Of a stretch of DNA of 64,000 nucleotides, positions 11,563 to 22,226 are shown in pieces (the first letter of the stretch is position 1; each line of letters starts with the position of its first letter). This stretch comes from a virus. Taxonomy: Duplodnaviria > Caudoviricetes. A program made the position numbers and the translations under genes. The notes beneath the pieces were generated by a model. That model made no database searches. It was not told where the DNA came from and saw nothing but the letters and a program-made list of their open reading frames with translations. The stretch lies in IMG/VR virus record IMGVR_UViG_3300025098_005131, one strand, 5' to 3'.

Positions 11563-12992
11563 TACTCATCCTCACAATTATCCGACATATTAGTTGACGT
11601 CTCACACTCGTCGGAATCATTTGTGCTCTCCTCGCCATCATCTTCATTTGTTTGCAGTGGGTATATATCAAATGGAACAGAAATAGGTCTTCCTCCTAAA
11701 TCGATTTGTGGAATTACACATTGAATGCTCAAATTGTTAATATTACTATTTTTAATGTATAATTTATCAAAACTTTTTGTTACTATGTTTTTAAATAAAA
11801 AGTGACTAGATGTTTCTATTCTTTTTTGTGAACCTTTTGCAAAATAAAGCTTAGTTTTAAGAACATCGCTTACTTTAAAAACAATAGAAACATTTGACAA
11901 CATGTTATATAACTCTTTATTACTGTCTACTATGCTGTTATTAATTTTTATTAAAATATTACTACCAGCAGCTTCTACAGTAAAAAATCTACCTTCTTGA
12001 AAATATTTGTATTTATAATAGGAATAAAAGCTTTCTTTAATTTTTTTTATTTTTGAAGCTTCAACTTGAAATATTTTTTCGCTCTGAAAAAATAAACTAT
12101 AATAAAAAGTAATTTCAAAGTCCAAAGTAGCAGAGTCACTTAGCTCTTGGGCTTTACTTAACACATCTGAAATAAAATTTTCTTCTCTTAAAAGAAGAAA
12201 ATTAATCCTGTCAATGTCGTTAGCGTTTGCAAAAAATGTTGTGTCACCACATTTTATTTTAATACCGAGAAATGAACCATTAAAAAATTCACTTAAAGTC
12301 CTTAATAATGTGTTATTGTACTTTAAATTAATCCCAGAGTCTAAAAGACTCTTAGCAGAAAGCCTACCAAGAATACCAGAACTAAAGCTAGATCTTCTAT
12401 GGAAAAAAGGAGTAATAGTAATTCTTGTTGAACTTAGTAACTGATCTAATAAATTCTGTGTTATACTTCTTGAAGCTAATGAATTTTGTAGATAACTAAA
12501 AGGATTAGCTGATTCTTGGTCAGAAGACGCAATTTCTACTATATTGTTTTCTTTGTTTGTAGCATAAACAGTAAAAACGTGTGAGTAGTCTTGATCTGCA
12601 AAAAGAAATTCTAAAGTAGTTTTTTTAATAGAACAAAATATTGTTGTTGAACCTTCAATTTCGTTAACGCTTTTATTAACAAGAATTTTTTGTTTATCAA
12701 TTTCTCTTTGACCTGACTTTATTGATATGTTTTTTGAAAATAATTTCCTTGTTAAAGAATCATAACTTCCTTTAATTTGGTCAAACTCAATATTTCTTGA
12801 TAGATTAAGTGAGTTACTTAAGTGTGTAGGTTTACTTCGTGTAGTATAGTATTTTCTTTTAATAAGGCATGAAACGTAGATATCTTCTGTAAGATTTGCT
12901 GTGTTTATAACTACTGGTACAAAAAACAAATTTCTATCTTGCGAAGCAAAAATGTTACTTGTGTCTATATTATTTATAATGCCGTTTTTCAT
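11562..12992 (-). CDS. Hypothetical protein
   Basis: 476 aa ORF abutting 12993..14006; acidic C-terminal tail. Confidence 0.7.
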   Translation of the reverse strand: MKNGIINNIDTSNIFASQDRNLFFVPVVINTANLTEDIYVSCLIKRKYYTTRSKPTHLSNSLNLSRNIEFDQIKGSYDSLTRKLFSKNISIKSGQREIDKQKILVNKSVNEIEGSTTIFCSIKKTTLEFLFADQDYSHVFTVYATNKENNIVEIASSDQESANPFSYLQNSLASRSITQNLLDQLLSSTRITITPFFHRRSSFSSGILGRLSAKSLLDSGINLKYNNTLLRTLSEFFNGSFLGIKIKCGDTTFFANANDIDRINFLLLREENFISDVLSKAQELSDSATLDFEITFYYSLFFQSEKIFQVEASKIKKIKESFYSYYKYKYFQEGRFFTVEAAGSNILIKINNSIVDSNKELYNMLSNVSIVFKVSDVLKTKLYFAKGSQKRIETSSHFLFKNIVTKSFDKLYIKNSNINNLSIQCVIPQIDLGGRPISVPFDIYPLQTNEDDGEESTNDSDECETSTNMSDNCEDE

Positions 12993-14006
12993 TTATTCTA
13001 CTACCATTGTAAACATAGATATAAAACAATAGTCATTATCTACGTTGTATATAAACTGCCTATTTTCAGCATTAACGCTGTCTGTTATTTTTCGTGTAAG
13101 GATTATTTTGCCAATTAAGTAAATAGATCTTTGTCTTCCTGAGGAAGGGTCAATAATGTCATCAAGTCTAATAAAGACTAGCTTATCTAGATTACTGTCG
13201 TTTAAAACTTCATGAAGCTCAAAAATATAAGCGTCTTCTTGCTTTTGAAAGTCTTGATTAATATTATACCTTTGAAAGAAAACTTTAGTATTGTTTTCTA
13301 AAGCATTTAAGACTTTATTAATAGACTCATTTTTACTATCACTTTCAAGTAAGTTTAGTCTAGGATCATCAAAAGTTTTAAATAAAAAATTAACATTAAA
13401 ATTTTCTTTAGTTTCTTTTTGCTCAATGTCAACTTGAGAACCGTCTGTGTTAATTGGGACAAGTGTTTTAAATCTTATTTTGCCCAGGAATCTCTTGTCA
13501 TATAACATTTCATCTAAATTGCTTATGTCTTCACTTAGATATTTTATTGTTGGGTAATTTCGTACATTTATTTCACTTACAAAGTCAAAGCTACTAAATT
13601 CTTCTTTACTACTAAATAGTATCTCATTACTCTCAATAATATTAAAAGATTTTTTATCTAGGTATTTTTTTTGTATTAGAAAATCGCTTAAAGAAATATT
13701 TGTTGCATTATTTTTAAAAACAATGTTTACGTCTCTATTATCATAACTAACTTTTCCATCAAGATATAATTCTGGATTTGCCTTTACAGAAACTTCTGAG
13801 TCGTTTTCAAAAGGAAGAAAAAACTCTTCAGAATTAGAAATCTTTTCATCTTTTAAAGAATCATGATTTTCGTGATAAACGATGGATGAATCAGAAAAAG
13901 TATAATACTTAAATCTTAAGTCATTTCCATTTGACAATTGTGACTTTCCGTCATGAGTAAGCTTGAAGTCAATTAATCTATTTTTTCTATCTAGAAATCC
14001 TGCCAT
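12993..14006 (-). CDS. Structural protein, N-terminal paralog of 2256..3005
   Basis: MAGFLDRKNRLIDFKLTHDGKSQLSNG..FKYYTFSDSSIVY aligns with MGFLNHATNNIIVDAVLTEKGRELLAR..FNITSFSFADDEVDY. Confidence 0.6.
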   Translation of the reverse strand: MAGFLDRKNRLIDFKLTHDGKSQLSNGNDLRFKYYTFSDSSIVYHENHDSLKDEKISNSEEFFLPFENDSEVSVKANPELYLDGKVSYDNRDVNIVFKNNATNISLSDFLIQKKYLDKKSFNIIESNEILFSSKEEFSSFDFVSEINVRNYPTIKYLSEDISNLDEMLYDKRFLGKIRFKTLVPINTDGSQVDIEQKETKENFNVNFLFKTFDDPRLNLLESDSKNESINKVLNALENNTKVFFQRYNINQDFQKQEDAYIFELHEVLNDSNLDKLVFIRLDDIIDPSSGRQRSIYLIGKIILTRKITDSVNAENRQFIYNVDNDYCFISMFTMVVE

Positions 14007-14011
14007 TGTTT

Positions 14012-17000
14012 TTAGCTCTCTTCAAAAGATATTTCTTCAGTATTATATCTTGCATTATTGTCAATATTATAACTATTAACCAAATCACCTTCACTTACAT
14101 AAAAGTTTACAAAATTTGCTTGATCAATGGTTCCAGAATTCAAACTAAGGTTATCTATTTTACCTGCGTTTTTACTTTTCAGCCTTATTGTCCTTTTATA
14201 TTGTTCTGTAGTTTCTAAGACTTCTGCTTCAACCTCGAGCTTAAATTTCTTATCTGTTGAGTTTCCGCCGTTTTCAAAACTTGCTGATATGGCAAAAGAA
14301 CTATGGCCGGCGACGAACTTAGTAATAGTAGTGTCACCGTCTAATCCTATTATTTTTTGTTGAATAAATAACTGATCTATAATATTATACGGCAAAAAAG
14401 TGTCTATTTTTAAAATTGAAAGCTCAATTGCTTTTTTTAAGCTAATTATCTGCTGCTCTTTTGACGCTAAGGATGGAACTTCGCTTATTTGTCTTATTCC
14501 GACAATTATTGTTTCGTTTGTATTATCACTTGAATCAAAGACTAATGATGAGCTTTCACTAGTATATACATCGTCATTAATACTAAATTTAAATTTTATT
14601 TCATTACCCTGTACGTCTTCTAAAGTTATAAATTGATTATCATAAAAGCCAACGTCGTCGGGGTCTAAAGAGAGACGAGCATGTGAATAACCAGAGCCTA
14701 TATTGCTTAAAGGATCTAAATCGTAACTTTTAAAATTATTATTATCAATTGTATTTAAAAGATTAGCTATTTTATTAATAAGCTCGTCAATTTCAATGTT
14801 ATCTTGTCTACGACCTTCAGCATCAAAAGTAAATGAATCTGTAATATAACTTTCAATATCTAAAATTAAAAAATCTTCTCCGTCTGCTATGTTAAAATTC
14901 TTTTGCCTTAACTGGAAATAATAACTATCAAATCCTGGGAGTGCTCTTAAAAACCTTTTTGAGCCTCCAACGGGCAAAGGTTCAACATCTCTTATTAAAA
15001 TATTAGCTTTGTTATTTTTATAGTCTGTAACTGTAAATCCTGCTACATTAATCTGGCCGTAATCTATCATGTCAATATCATTAAAAATACTAGGTCGATA
15101 TTTTATATTAATTTGATTAAAAAAGTTATCACGCAACCAATTTCCGTCTGTTTTATTATAGCTTTCTAGACTGCTAAAGTCAAACTCAATATCAGCATAA
15201 ACTGTTGCAGGTGTTTTATTAATAAAAAATCCTCTTTTGAGATTTTTGTTTAAAGCATGTTCTATTTTATTAGTCTCACTATTGAAGTAAGGTGCATTTT
15301 TGAAGTATTTTATAAAATTAGAAAATTGGCCAAAATTTCTTAGATCAAAATAATGAAATGGATATCTCTTGTCACTGTCGTTATAAATAAAATAATTATT
15401 TGACACCTTGCTTACGTTGTTATTGATTTGACTTGTGTAATCGTTCGGGAGTTTTATGACAGAACTGTTTAAAGTATATCTTTGTGTAGCAGCATTTAAG
15501 ATATTACTACCTGCAAGTGCTACATTATGTAAATCGTCGCTGTCGTCTTGGTGATAATTGTCTACATAAACACCCTGTTGCATCATTTTATTAGGAGAGC
15601 CAAGACTATCAGTTACTTTATTATAAACGTCTCCAAATCTTTTGTTTCTTTTAAAATTTCGTCGTTGTGTATTGTAATATTTTTTCTTGTTGTTTTCAAG
15701 GTAATACCCGGAAAAACTTACTTCTACGTTATCAATTAATTCCAGTACATCCAAGCCTCGTAAGTCTGTTCCAGTTGTATCTATATAATAACTGGGGCTA
15801 AGAGAAACGCCAACAATGATTTTATCACCAGGTTCAATTACGTATTTTGTTTCTTTGTATACATTTTCGTTTAGACCTATTGCCCGACCTGCTAATTGCG
15901 AAACTGAAGTGTCTATAATAAAGTTACCTAGATCACTTGCTACTTCTGAAGAATCTAAAAATTTATTACTTCTAGAGCCTAAAGAATTTGAACTATTATC
16001 AGTCTTCTCAGGAAATATAGCATAATTGCTTATGTGCGGTAGATTTTTAGTGGCATTGACTATTCTAGGTGTAACTTCCATTTCAACAATTCTATTTTCG
16101 TAAATACACTCGGCATGATTTGATGAATCTATTATGCCAACGTTAGAATTATTAATTAAAAAGTCTGAATTCTGTGATAAACTTTCTATAACGTTTCCAA
16201 GGTTATCTAAGTCTGAACTATTAGCTGAAAAGTTTGCTAGTGTTGCGTAAGTAATTAACTCTCTAACGCTATTTAATTGTGATCTTTCTTCATTGAAAGT
16301 ATTAGTATTGTTAAGATTATCAATTACAAACTCTTGAGATGATAAACTTGATTCATTATCTATTACAGCGCCGAACGCAAAATCAGTTGCTCCTGCGCTA
16401 GTATACTTTGGCTGACTAGACAAATCAGGCACAGATGATAGCGTTTGAAAAGAAGAACTATCAGCAGAAAAAGCTGAAACTGCGTAGTTAACTTCTCTAG
16501 CTTGTTCATATCTAGCAGTATCTCCTAAGCTTCCTCGTTGATTTAAAACAAAAAAGTTTAAAAAATTTAAAGCAATTTGCCCGCTTGTTTTATTAACAGA
16601 GTAGTTTGATACTTTTGCTCTAATGTTTATCTTTTCAATTACAAAAGACTTTTTAATATATTTAGAAATGTCAATAAAATGTCTTTTTTCAGCTTTGAAT
16701 TTTGAAGCGTAAGGAAAGAAAAATGTATCAATAGGCATTGATAAAGTGCTTGATATCATAGTAGGCGCTTGAGGAAGAGAAGGTCCGTTAAAGGCGATTG
16801 GTGCAGTCACAAACGAAGATATATTGTTACGATACAACGCTGCTATATTTTCTAGATAATCAAAGCTTGCCCACCCGTTTTCTTCTATTTTTTCTAGTTC
16901 AGAACCGTACAGGTATGCAATATTACCATTATGTTTTTTAAAAGTTTTGTTGCCACTTAAAGTTTGAAATGTAATTGTTTCATTGTTACTAGAAGTTTTA

Positions 17001-17521
17001 TTAAAAGATAACTTGCAGGAAGTGTAAAGGTCAAAATTAAAAACTATTGTATTTTTATTTCCAGAAATAATTTCTGTTATTGGCGTTTCTTTATAAAATA
17101 AATTTTCTTTTGAGTTTTCTTCTAAATAATTTGGAACAAGTGTTTTATTGTAAACTTCTCTTTTGGCTGGAGAAAGAATTGTCTGATAGTTTGTAGCAAG
17201 TCGATTTGGCGTAAACTCTAGTTTATTGCTTAAAGTCTCTACAGCTACATCAAAGTATTTTAATTCAATACCATACTCAGGTATTACACTTTTGTTTTCA
17301 AAAATTATAGTATTGTCATCATTGAAAGAGATAAAGTCGTTGTCACCCTGAAGCGCACCTTCTTTACTATAGATGTCTTCGTCGTAAAAAAAAGAAAAAG
17401 ATTTTTCCTCATCATCAAGAATTTGTCGGACTGACTTTGAAGTATTTCCAGACTTAATAACAAAGTCACCTAAACTTCTACTAAAACCAAAAGTATTGTT
17501 TTTCTTTCTTATTACAGCCAT
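14012..17521 (-). CDS. Large hypothetical structural protein (1169 aa)
   Basis: Long ORF in the coupled structural operon; its C-terminal module is shared with 22226..24109. Confidence 0.7.
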   Translation of the reverse strand: MAVIRKKNNTFGFSRSLGDFVIKSGNTSKSVRQILDDEEKSFSFFYDEDIYSKEGALQGDNDFISFNDDNTIIFENKSVIPEYGIELKYFDVAVETLSNKLEFTPNRLATNYQTILSPAKREVYNKTLVPNYLEENSKENLFYKETPITEIISGNKNTIVFNFDLYTSCKLSFNKTSSNNETITFQTLSGNKTFKKHNGNIAYLYGSELEKIEENGWASFDYLENIAALYRNNISSFVTAPIAFNGPSLPQAPTMISSTLSMPIDTFFFPYASKFKAEKRHFIDISKYIKKSFVIEKINIRAKVSNYSVNKTSGQIALNFLNFFVLNQRGSLGDTARYEQAREVNYAVSAFSADSSSFQTLSSVPDLSSQPKYTSAGATDFAFGAVIDNESSLSSQEFVIDNLNNTNTFNEERSQLNSVRELITYATLANFSANSSDLDNLGNVIESLSQNSDFLINNSNVGIIDSSNHAECIYENRIVEMEVTPRIVNATKNLPHISNYAIFPEKTDNSSNSLGSRSNKFLDSSEVASDLGNFIIDTSVSQLAGRAIGLNENVYKETKYVIEPGDKIIVGVSLSPSYYIDTTGTDLRGLDVLELIDNVEVSFSGYYLENNKKKYYNTQRRNFKRNKRFGDVYNKVTDSLGSPNKMMQQGVYVDNYHQDDSDDLHNVALAGSNILNAATQRYTLNSSVIKLPNDYTSQINNNVSKVSNNYFIYNDSDKRYPFHYFDLRNFGQFSNFIKYFKNAPYFNSETNKIEHALNKNLKRGFFINKTPATVYADIEFDFSSLESYNKTDGNWLRDNFFNQINIKYRPSIFNDIDMIDYGQINVAGFTVTDYKNNKANILIRDVEPLPVGGSKRFLRALPGFDSYYFQLRQKNFNIADGEDFLILDIESYITDSFTFDAEGRRQDNIEIDELINKIANLLNTIDNNNFKSYDLDPLSNIGSGYSHARLSLDPDDVGFYDNQFITLEDVQGNEIKFKFSINDDVYTSESSSLVFDSSDNTNETIIVGIRQISEVPSLASKEQQIISLKKAIELSILKIDTFLPYNIIDQLFIQQKIIGLDGDTTITKFVAGHSSFAISASFENGGNSTDKKFKLEVEAEVLETTEQYKRTIRLKSKNAGKIDNLSLNSGTIDQANFVNFYVSEGDLVNSYNIDNNARYNTEEISFEES

Positions 17522-18537
17522 TAATTTAATCTTTCATAAAATGCAATTGATTCTATCGTCGATCTAGAAGATTTATCTATATCTCTTCCAAACGATGTAT
17601 AAATAATAGATTCTTTTATAGTATTGTTTATATTTCTATTTTCTAAAATGACAGCGTTCATTTCATTATCTAAAAGTTTATATCTATTGTCTAGATTGCT
17701 TATATGAGGTTCGTTTTGATTTTTTTCTTTTTCTCTAAAAGGTAAAATATCAATTTCTTTAAAGTTAAAATACATTACTTTGTTAGAGTGAACATTTTTA
17801 TACCTATACGTTACAGAACTTTCTTGCTGCCCAGTTTGTACATTTTCTGTAAAATTAAAACTCTCAATTAATCTTTTCTTACTTTGATTAACTAAATAAT
17901 CTTCGTCGACATCATCAAGAAAAGAGTATGTAGCCTCTTCGTCTTTAAAGAAATGATTTTTAATATTATTATTTTCTCTGTAAGCATTTTTTGATGCCTT
18001 TAATGAATTGCCTTTTACTCCGATAAAGCCATTAACAGAATCATTTCTGCTGCCTAAAAAAGGAAAATTTTCTAAGACGCATATATGTCCACCATGCGCT
18101 ACAATGTTTGAAACGTTATACTCAGCAGGATAGTCATTTAGGCCTAGATCTACTTGATAAACTATATTACTAGTACTTAGCTTGCCTCTGTCCACAAAAG
18201 GCCCATGACTTTTCTTAGTATATAACTCGCTATCAGAATCTATATCGCTATAGATTAATCTTGTTTTTGACTTCTTTTTAACTAATAACTGTTCTGAAGA
18301 TTCTCTGTCGTCAAATATTACATCATCTTTGCTATTGACATCAATAACTTCAACATTTGTAAATTTTTTGTTTGTTTTGTTGTTAAAAATCAAACTAAAA
18401 AAGTGATTATTAATTTTTTTAACGTGCACAAAGTTTCTGTCTGTATTATTAGACTCTGTCAAAGGTGCAACATATTGCACATCTGATATGTTGCCTTCAA
18501 TAAAATGTGATCTTTTAAATCCGTTAATTACTAACAT
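17521..18537 (-). CDS. Hypothetical structural protein
   Basis: 338 aa with 1-nt TAATG overlaps on both sides. Confidence 0.7.
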   Translation of the reverse strand: MLVINGFKRSHFIEGNISDVQYVAPLTESNNTDRNFVHVKKINNHFFSLIFNNKTNKKFTNVEVIDVNSKDDVIFDDRESSEQLLVKKKSKTRLIYSDIDSDSELYTKKSHGPFVDRGKLSTSNIVYQVDLGLNDYPAEYNVSNIVAHGGHICVLENFPFLGSRNDSVNGFIGVKGNSLKASKNAYRENNNIKNHFFKDEEATYSFLDDVDEDYLVNQSKKRLIESFNFTENVQTGQQESSVTYRYKNVHSNKVMYFNFKEIDILPFREKEKNQNEPHISNLDNRYKLLDNEMNAVILENRNINNTIKESIIYTSFGRDIDKSSRSTIESIAFYERLN

Positions 18538-21500
18538 TACCTTTTATTCCTCACTACAGACTTGTCAGCCTCATCAAAATCTAAAATGTCATCTGATCTT
18601 ATTTTTTTGTCGTATACGCTATAGCTGCTGTAATTGTTTACGTCTACTACAGGAAGTCTTGAATTTGACATTTTATGTCTATATTTATTTCTTTCAAGTA
18701 AGTGAGACTCATATACGAAATTAAAACCTAAGTAATTAACTTTAGATGGAACAGCTTCTTGTAAAAGATCTGATAAAATGTTGTCAAAATATTTGTAAAC
18801 TTGATATAAAATATCAATATTTAAATCACTACTCAATCTTTTAAAATATTTTTGTCTTAATACTTCAAGAGACTTGTACTCTTCTTCGTAAAAGTTACTA
18901 GTATTATTTAACATTTTTGTGAAAAAGTCGTTCGCTATCAATATCTTACTTATATCTTGATTAATAAAATTAACCATAGAAAAGTCAATGTACATTCTCA
19001 AGTCTTCATTATAAACAAAACCCGGCGGCGTTTGACTTAAACCTGTCTTGTTTATATTTAAAAACTCATCTTTGTAAGACTCTTGCTCAAAACTATTAAT
19101 GTAAACATTATTATGTGAAACAGGCATGTCAATTTCACTTGCTTGTCTAAGAACGCTTATTTTGTCTCTAAAAAACAAATCTTGGTTTGTATATTCGTTT
19201 TTTGTGCAAGTTAAATAGCACGCAATATTATCTTTACCTTGCAGTTCATCTAAAATTGTTGTTAGTGAGTAAAGTTCTAAATTTTTAAATGAGTTTAAAA
19301 TAGCATCCGAATATTCTGCGTTTATGTCTTCTTTTAACTCTATATTAAGTAATGTTCTGTCAAGACCAGAAGCAGAAGGGCTTAAATTATCAATACTTTC
19401 ATTTGAAATTATTTCAATGTCTTTTCTTTTTAATCTCAATTCTTCCTTAGACAAGCTCCTATTAAAAAGTCTTATATTTGATACAAAACCTTGAAAGTTT
19501 GTGATATAATTTGTTGACGTGTCTATTGTATCACTGTCGCTAAGCAAACCATCGATCTCATTGCGATACCTTTCAGGACCAATAGTAATATTAATTCTCT
19601 TATCATGAGTGTTTTGGAGTGTATTGTAAGTTGGATTACCGTCGACGCGCTTCCAAAATTTATTATCCAACTCAACAGATACGCTCCTAACTGTTGAAGA
19701 ATAAGAACTATTTCCGATACTTGAAATATTAAATTCATACTTGTTTATAAATGCACTAATTCTTTTTTTGCTGACATTTAAAAGATATATTTGGCCGCTC
19801 ATCAAATCAACATCTTCTATTTCCAGTGTAGCTTTATCTTTTATATAGACACCTGAAACATTATTAGGATTAGCGTAGCCTAGCATCTGGTCTATTTTTA
19901 TTACAATTTTTCCTTTTGTTAAGTTTTTTTTCTTTCTCTCAAAATAAACTTCAATATAAGGCCCTTGAAATTTATTAGCATCTTCACTAAGCTCTACACT
20001 AACGTCAGTAGTCTTGTTGCTCTTAATTAAACTATAACGCTGTATATCGTCCATGCTTTCTGCAATATTAAATCTAACTAAAGATTGATCTTTATCTAAC
20101 TTTTCTATAATACTAGGGTTAAATCGATAAAGACATTCAAAATTCCAGTTTTCATTTATATCTACAAGTCGACTGTCAAAATAATTATCGTATGAAGATA
20201 AATTTAAAATATTATTAGGAAGTCTTCTATATCTATTTGGATTGTCTTCATTTAACGAATTGCCCTCACCATCTACATTATCAATATACACAAATGTTTC
20301 TTTGTTTTCATTAATCTTAGAAAAATTAATAAAGTCTTTATAAACAATAGATTCGTAAAAGTTGTTTTGAATGTTAAATATATTTTGACCAGTTATCTCT
20401 CTTATCTTGACAAATCGATCAACTTCTAATCCAAAAGAGTTAAAAATTGTTCTTAGCGAATTTTTTGTTCCTTTTGACGTAACGTAATCTTGAGAGTTTA
20501 TTAAAAATCTTTTCCATAAAATATTTTGAATCTGTCTTATGCTAATACTTGAAAGTTCTTTTTCATAAGTTAAGTTTTTGCCGTCAAGCTTTGTGTTTAT
20601 AGGATATGAAAATATTTCTTTAAAATCAAATCCCATAGACTTAAGTGCCAGAGGTAAAACAATGCCATCGATTTTTTTATTTGACGATATACTGTCATAA
20701 TTTAAGTTAATAATTTCTGATAAGCTATCTATATAGAGTTTCAGTTCATCAAAAAATCTTGCCCATATTGAAAAGATTTTTATTAACGTCTGATTAATAG
20801 ATTTACTTTCTCCTAATACTTTTTGAGACTCTGCAGATTCATTTGATACGTAAACTTCACCTATATTATCAAAGTCTGAGCCTTCTATAAAGATATTTTT
20901 AGGCAAAAGCTTCCAAAAACTATTAGGATTTTCAAGATCATAAAACTTTGCTTCTGCTTGTAGCTCTAATTTATTTGTTGAGTTTTGACCGTAATTCATA
21001 AATAAAACAGGATTATCACTTGTTTTTTCATAAATCAAAGGAGTTTGAACATTATTAAAAATTCCTGATCTTTCATAGTCAGTATCTACTTGATTTATAA
21101 TGCCATGCAACTTTTTGCCTGAAGAATCGATTATAAGATTATTATTGACGTATTCACCTGATGGCTCGTTAAACTTTAAATAAAGAACAAGTGAATCTTC
21201 GCTGTAAACGTTTTTGTTTTTTTCTTCTGCAATTTTATTTTGACTTCTAGTCTTGCCTATATAATATCTAAACTCATCTATTAGTCCACTAAATATACTT
21301 CCAGCTTTACCTATGTAAAAAGCACCGCTTTGACTCCCAGAATCAACAAACTTAATTTGATCAAGACTTCCGTCTTCAATAAAGTTTATTTTTTTGCCGT
21401 TTTTATAAACAACGATTCTCTTCTTAATATCACCTCCGGAAAAAAACTTTTCAATGCTAAAATTTAAATGAACAAAAGCATCTGTTTCTATTTGAATAGT

Positions 21501-22226
21501 GCATGTGTACACTGTCGCTTCAGTCGTTTGTTCGTTTCTTAGCTCAAGATTTAGATTACAAGTTTTATCAGTTGTGTTTATGTTACTAATTTTTAAAGAA
21601 ATTAAGGTATTTTCAGCATTACTGTTAGCAATTGTATTTTCATTATAGCAAAAAACAAATTTATTATTATTGACATTAACACTATTGACGTATAAGTTAA
21701 AGTCAAAGCTAAATTCTTTACCTAGCGGGTTAAAATTTTTAAAAGAAGGTAATCCTTTAAAATCGTCTAAAATAATGCCATTTTGGTCTTTTATCTCAAT
21801 ATAGTAGTTTCCTTCTGTATCGAAATAGTTAGTTGAGCATTCTATTTTATTGTTAAGCAGATATCTCTCAAAGCCTGAAAGTTTTTTAAAGTATTGATCT
21901 ACCTCAAAAAAAGATTTATCATAAGGAAAATAGTTTAATATGTTACTGTAGGCAAAGTTAACTTTTTCTAAGGCTGAATCAAAAAAAACATGCTCAGCAA
22001 AATTACTATAATCTATGCTTTCTATTTGTTGAGTTGTAAAATATCCTTCATAATCATCTATTCTGCTATAAAATTCTGAAATGTTGTTATTATAAAGTTC
22101 AGAATAAGAATTGATGTCGTTTGTACTATCAATATCTTCTGAAGACAAAAAATGACTATGAGATTTGTTTTTTCTCTTTAATGACTCATTGTTAAAATAT
22201 TTTTCAATGTTTGGCTTTTTTGACAT
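18537..22226 (-). CDS. Large baseplate-region structural protein with LamG-like domains
   Basis: 1229 aa. FSGLIDEFRYY..SLVLYLKFNE..IIDSSGKKLHG and FQGFVSNIRLFNRSLS are LamG-type signatures. Lies just downstream of the baseplate genes. Confidence 0.6.
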   Translation of the reverse strand: MSKKPNIEKYFNNESLKRKNKSHSHFLSSEDIDSTNDINSYSELYNNNISEFYSRIDDYEGYFTTQQIESIDYSNFAEHVFFDSALEKVNFAYSNILNYFPYDKSFFEVDQYFKKLSGFERYLLNNKIECSTNYFDTEGNYYIEIKDQNGIILDDFKGLPSFKNFNPLGKEFSFDFNLYVNSVNVNNNKFVFCYNENTIANSNAENTLISLKISNINTTDKTCNLNLELRNEQTTEATVYTCTIQIETDAFVHLNFSIEKFFSGGDIKKRIVVYKNGKKINFIEDGSLDQIKFVDSGSQSGAFYIGKAGSIFSGLIDEFRYYIGKTRSQNKIAEEKNKNVYSEDSLVLYLKFNEPSGEYVNNNLIIDSSGKKLHGIINQVDTDYERSGIFNNVQTPLIYEKTSDNPVLFMNYGQNSTNKLELQAEAKFYDLENPNSFWKLLPKNIFIEGSDFDNIGEVYVSNESAESQKVLGESKSINQTLIKIFSIWARFFDELKLYIDSLSEIINLNYDSISSNKKIDGIVLPLALKSMGFDFKEIFSYPINTKLDGKNLTYEKELSSISIRQIQNILWKRFLINSQDYVTSKGTKNSLRTIFNSFGLEVDRFVKIREITGQNIFNIQNNFYESIVYKDFINFSKINENKETFVYIDNVDGEGNSLNEDNPNRYRRLPNNILNLSSYDNYFDSRLVDINENWNFECLYRFNPSIIEKLDKDQSLVRFNIAESMDDIQRYSLIKSNKTTDVSVELSEDANKFQGPYIEVYFERKKKNLTKGKIVIKIDQMLGYANPNNVSGVYIKDKATLEIEDVDLMSGQIYLLNVSKKRISAFINKYEFNISSIGNSSYSSTVRSVSVELDNKFWKRVDGNPTYNTLQNTHDKRINITIGPERYRNEIDGLLSDSDTIDTSTNYITNFQGFVSNIRLFNRSLSKEELRLKRKDIEIISNESIDNLSPSASGLDRTLLNIELKEDINAEYSDAILNSFKNLELYSLTTILDELQGKDNIACYLTCTKNEYTNQDLFFRDKISVLRQASEIDMPVSHNNVYINSFEQESYKDEFLNINKTGLSQTPPGFVYNEDLRMYIDFSMVNFINQDISKILIANDFFTKMLNNTSNFYEEEYKSLEVLRQKYFKRLSSDLNIDILYQVYKYFDNILSDLLQEAVPSKVNYLGFNFVYESHLLERNKYRHKMSNSRLPVVDVNNYSSYSVYDKKIRSDDILDFDEADKSVVRNKR

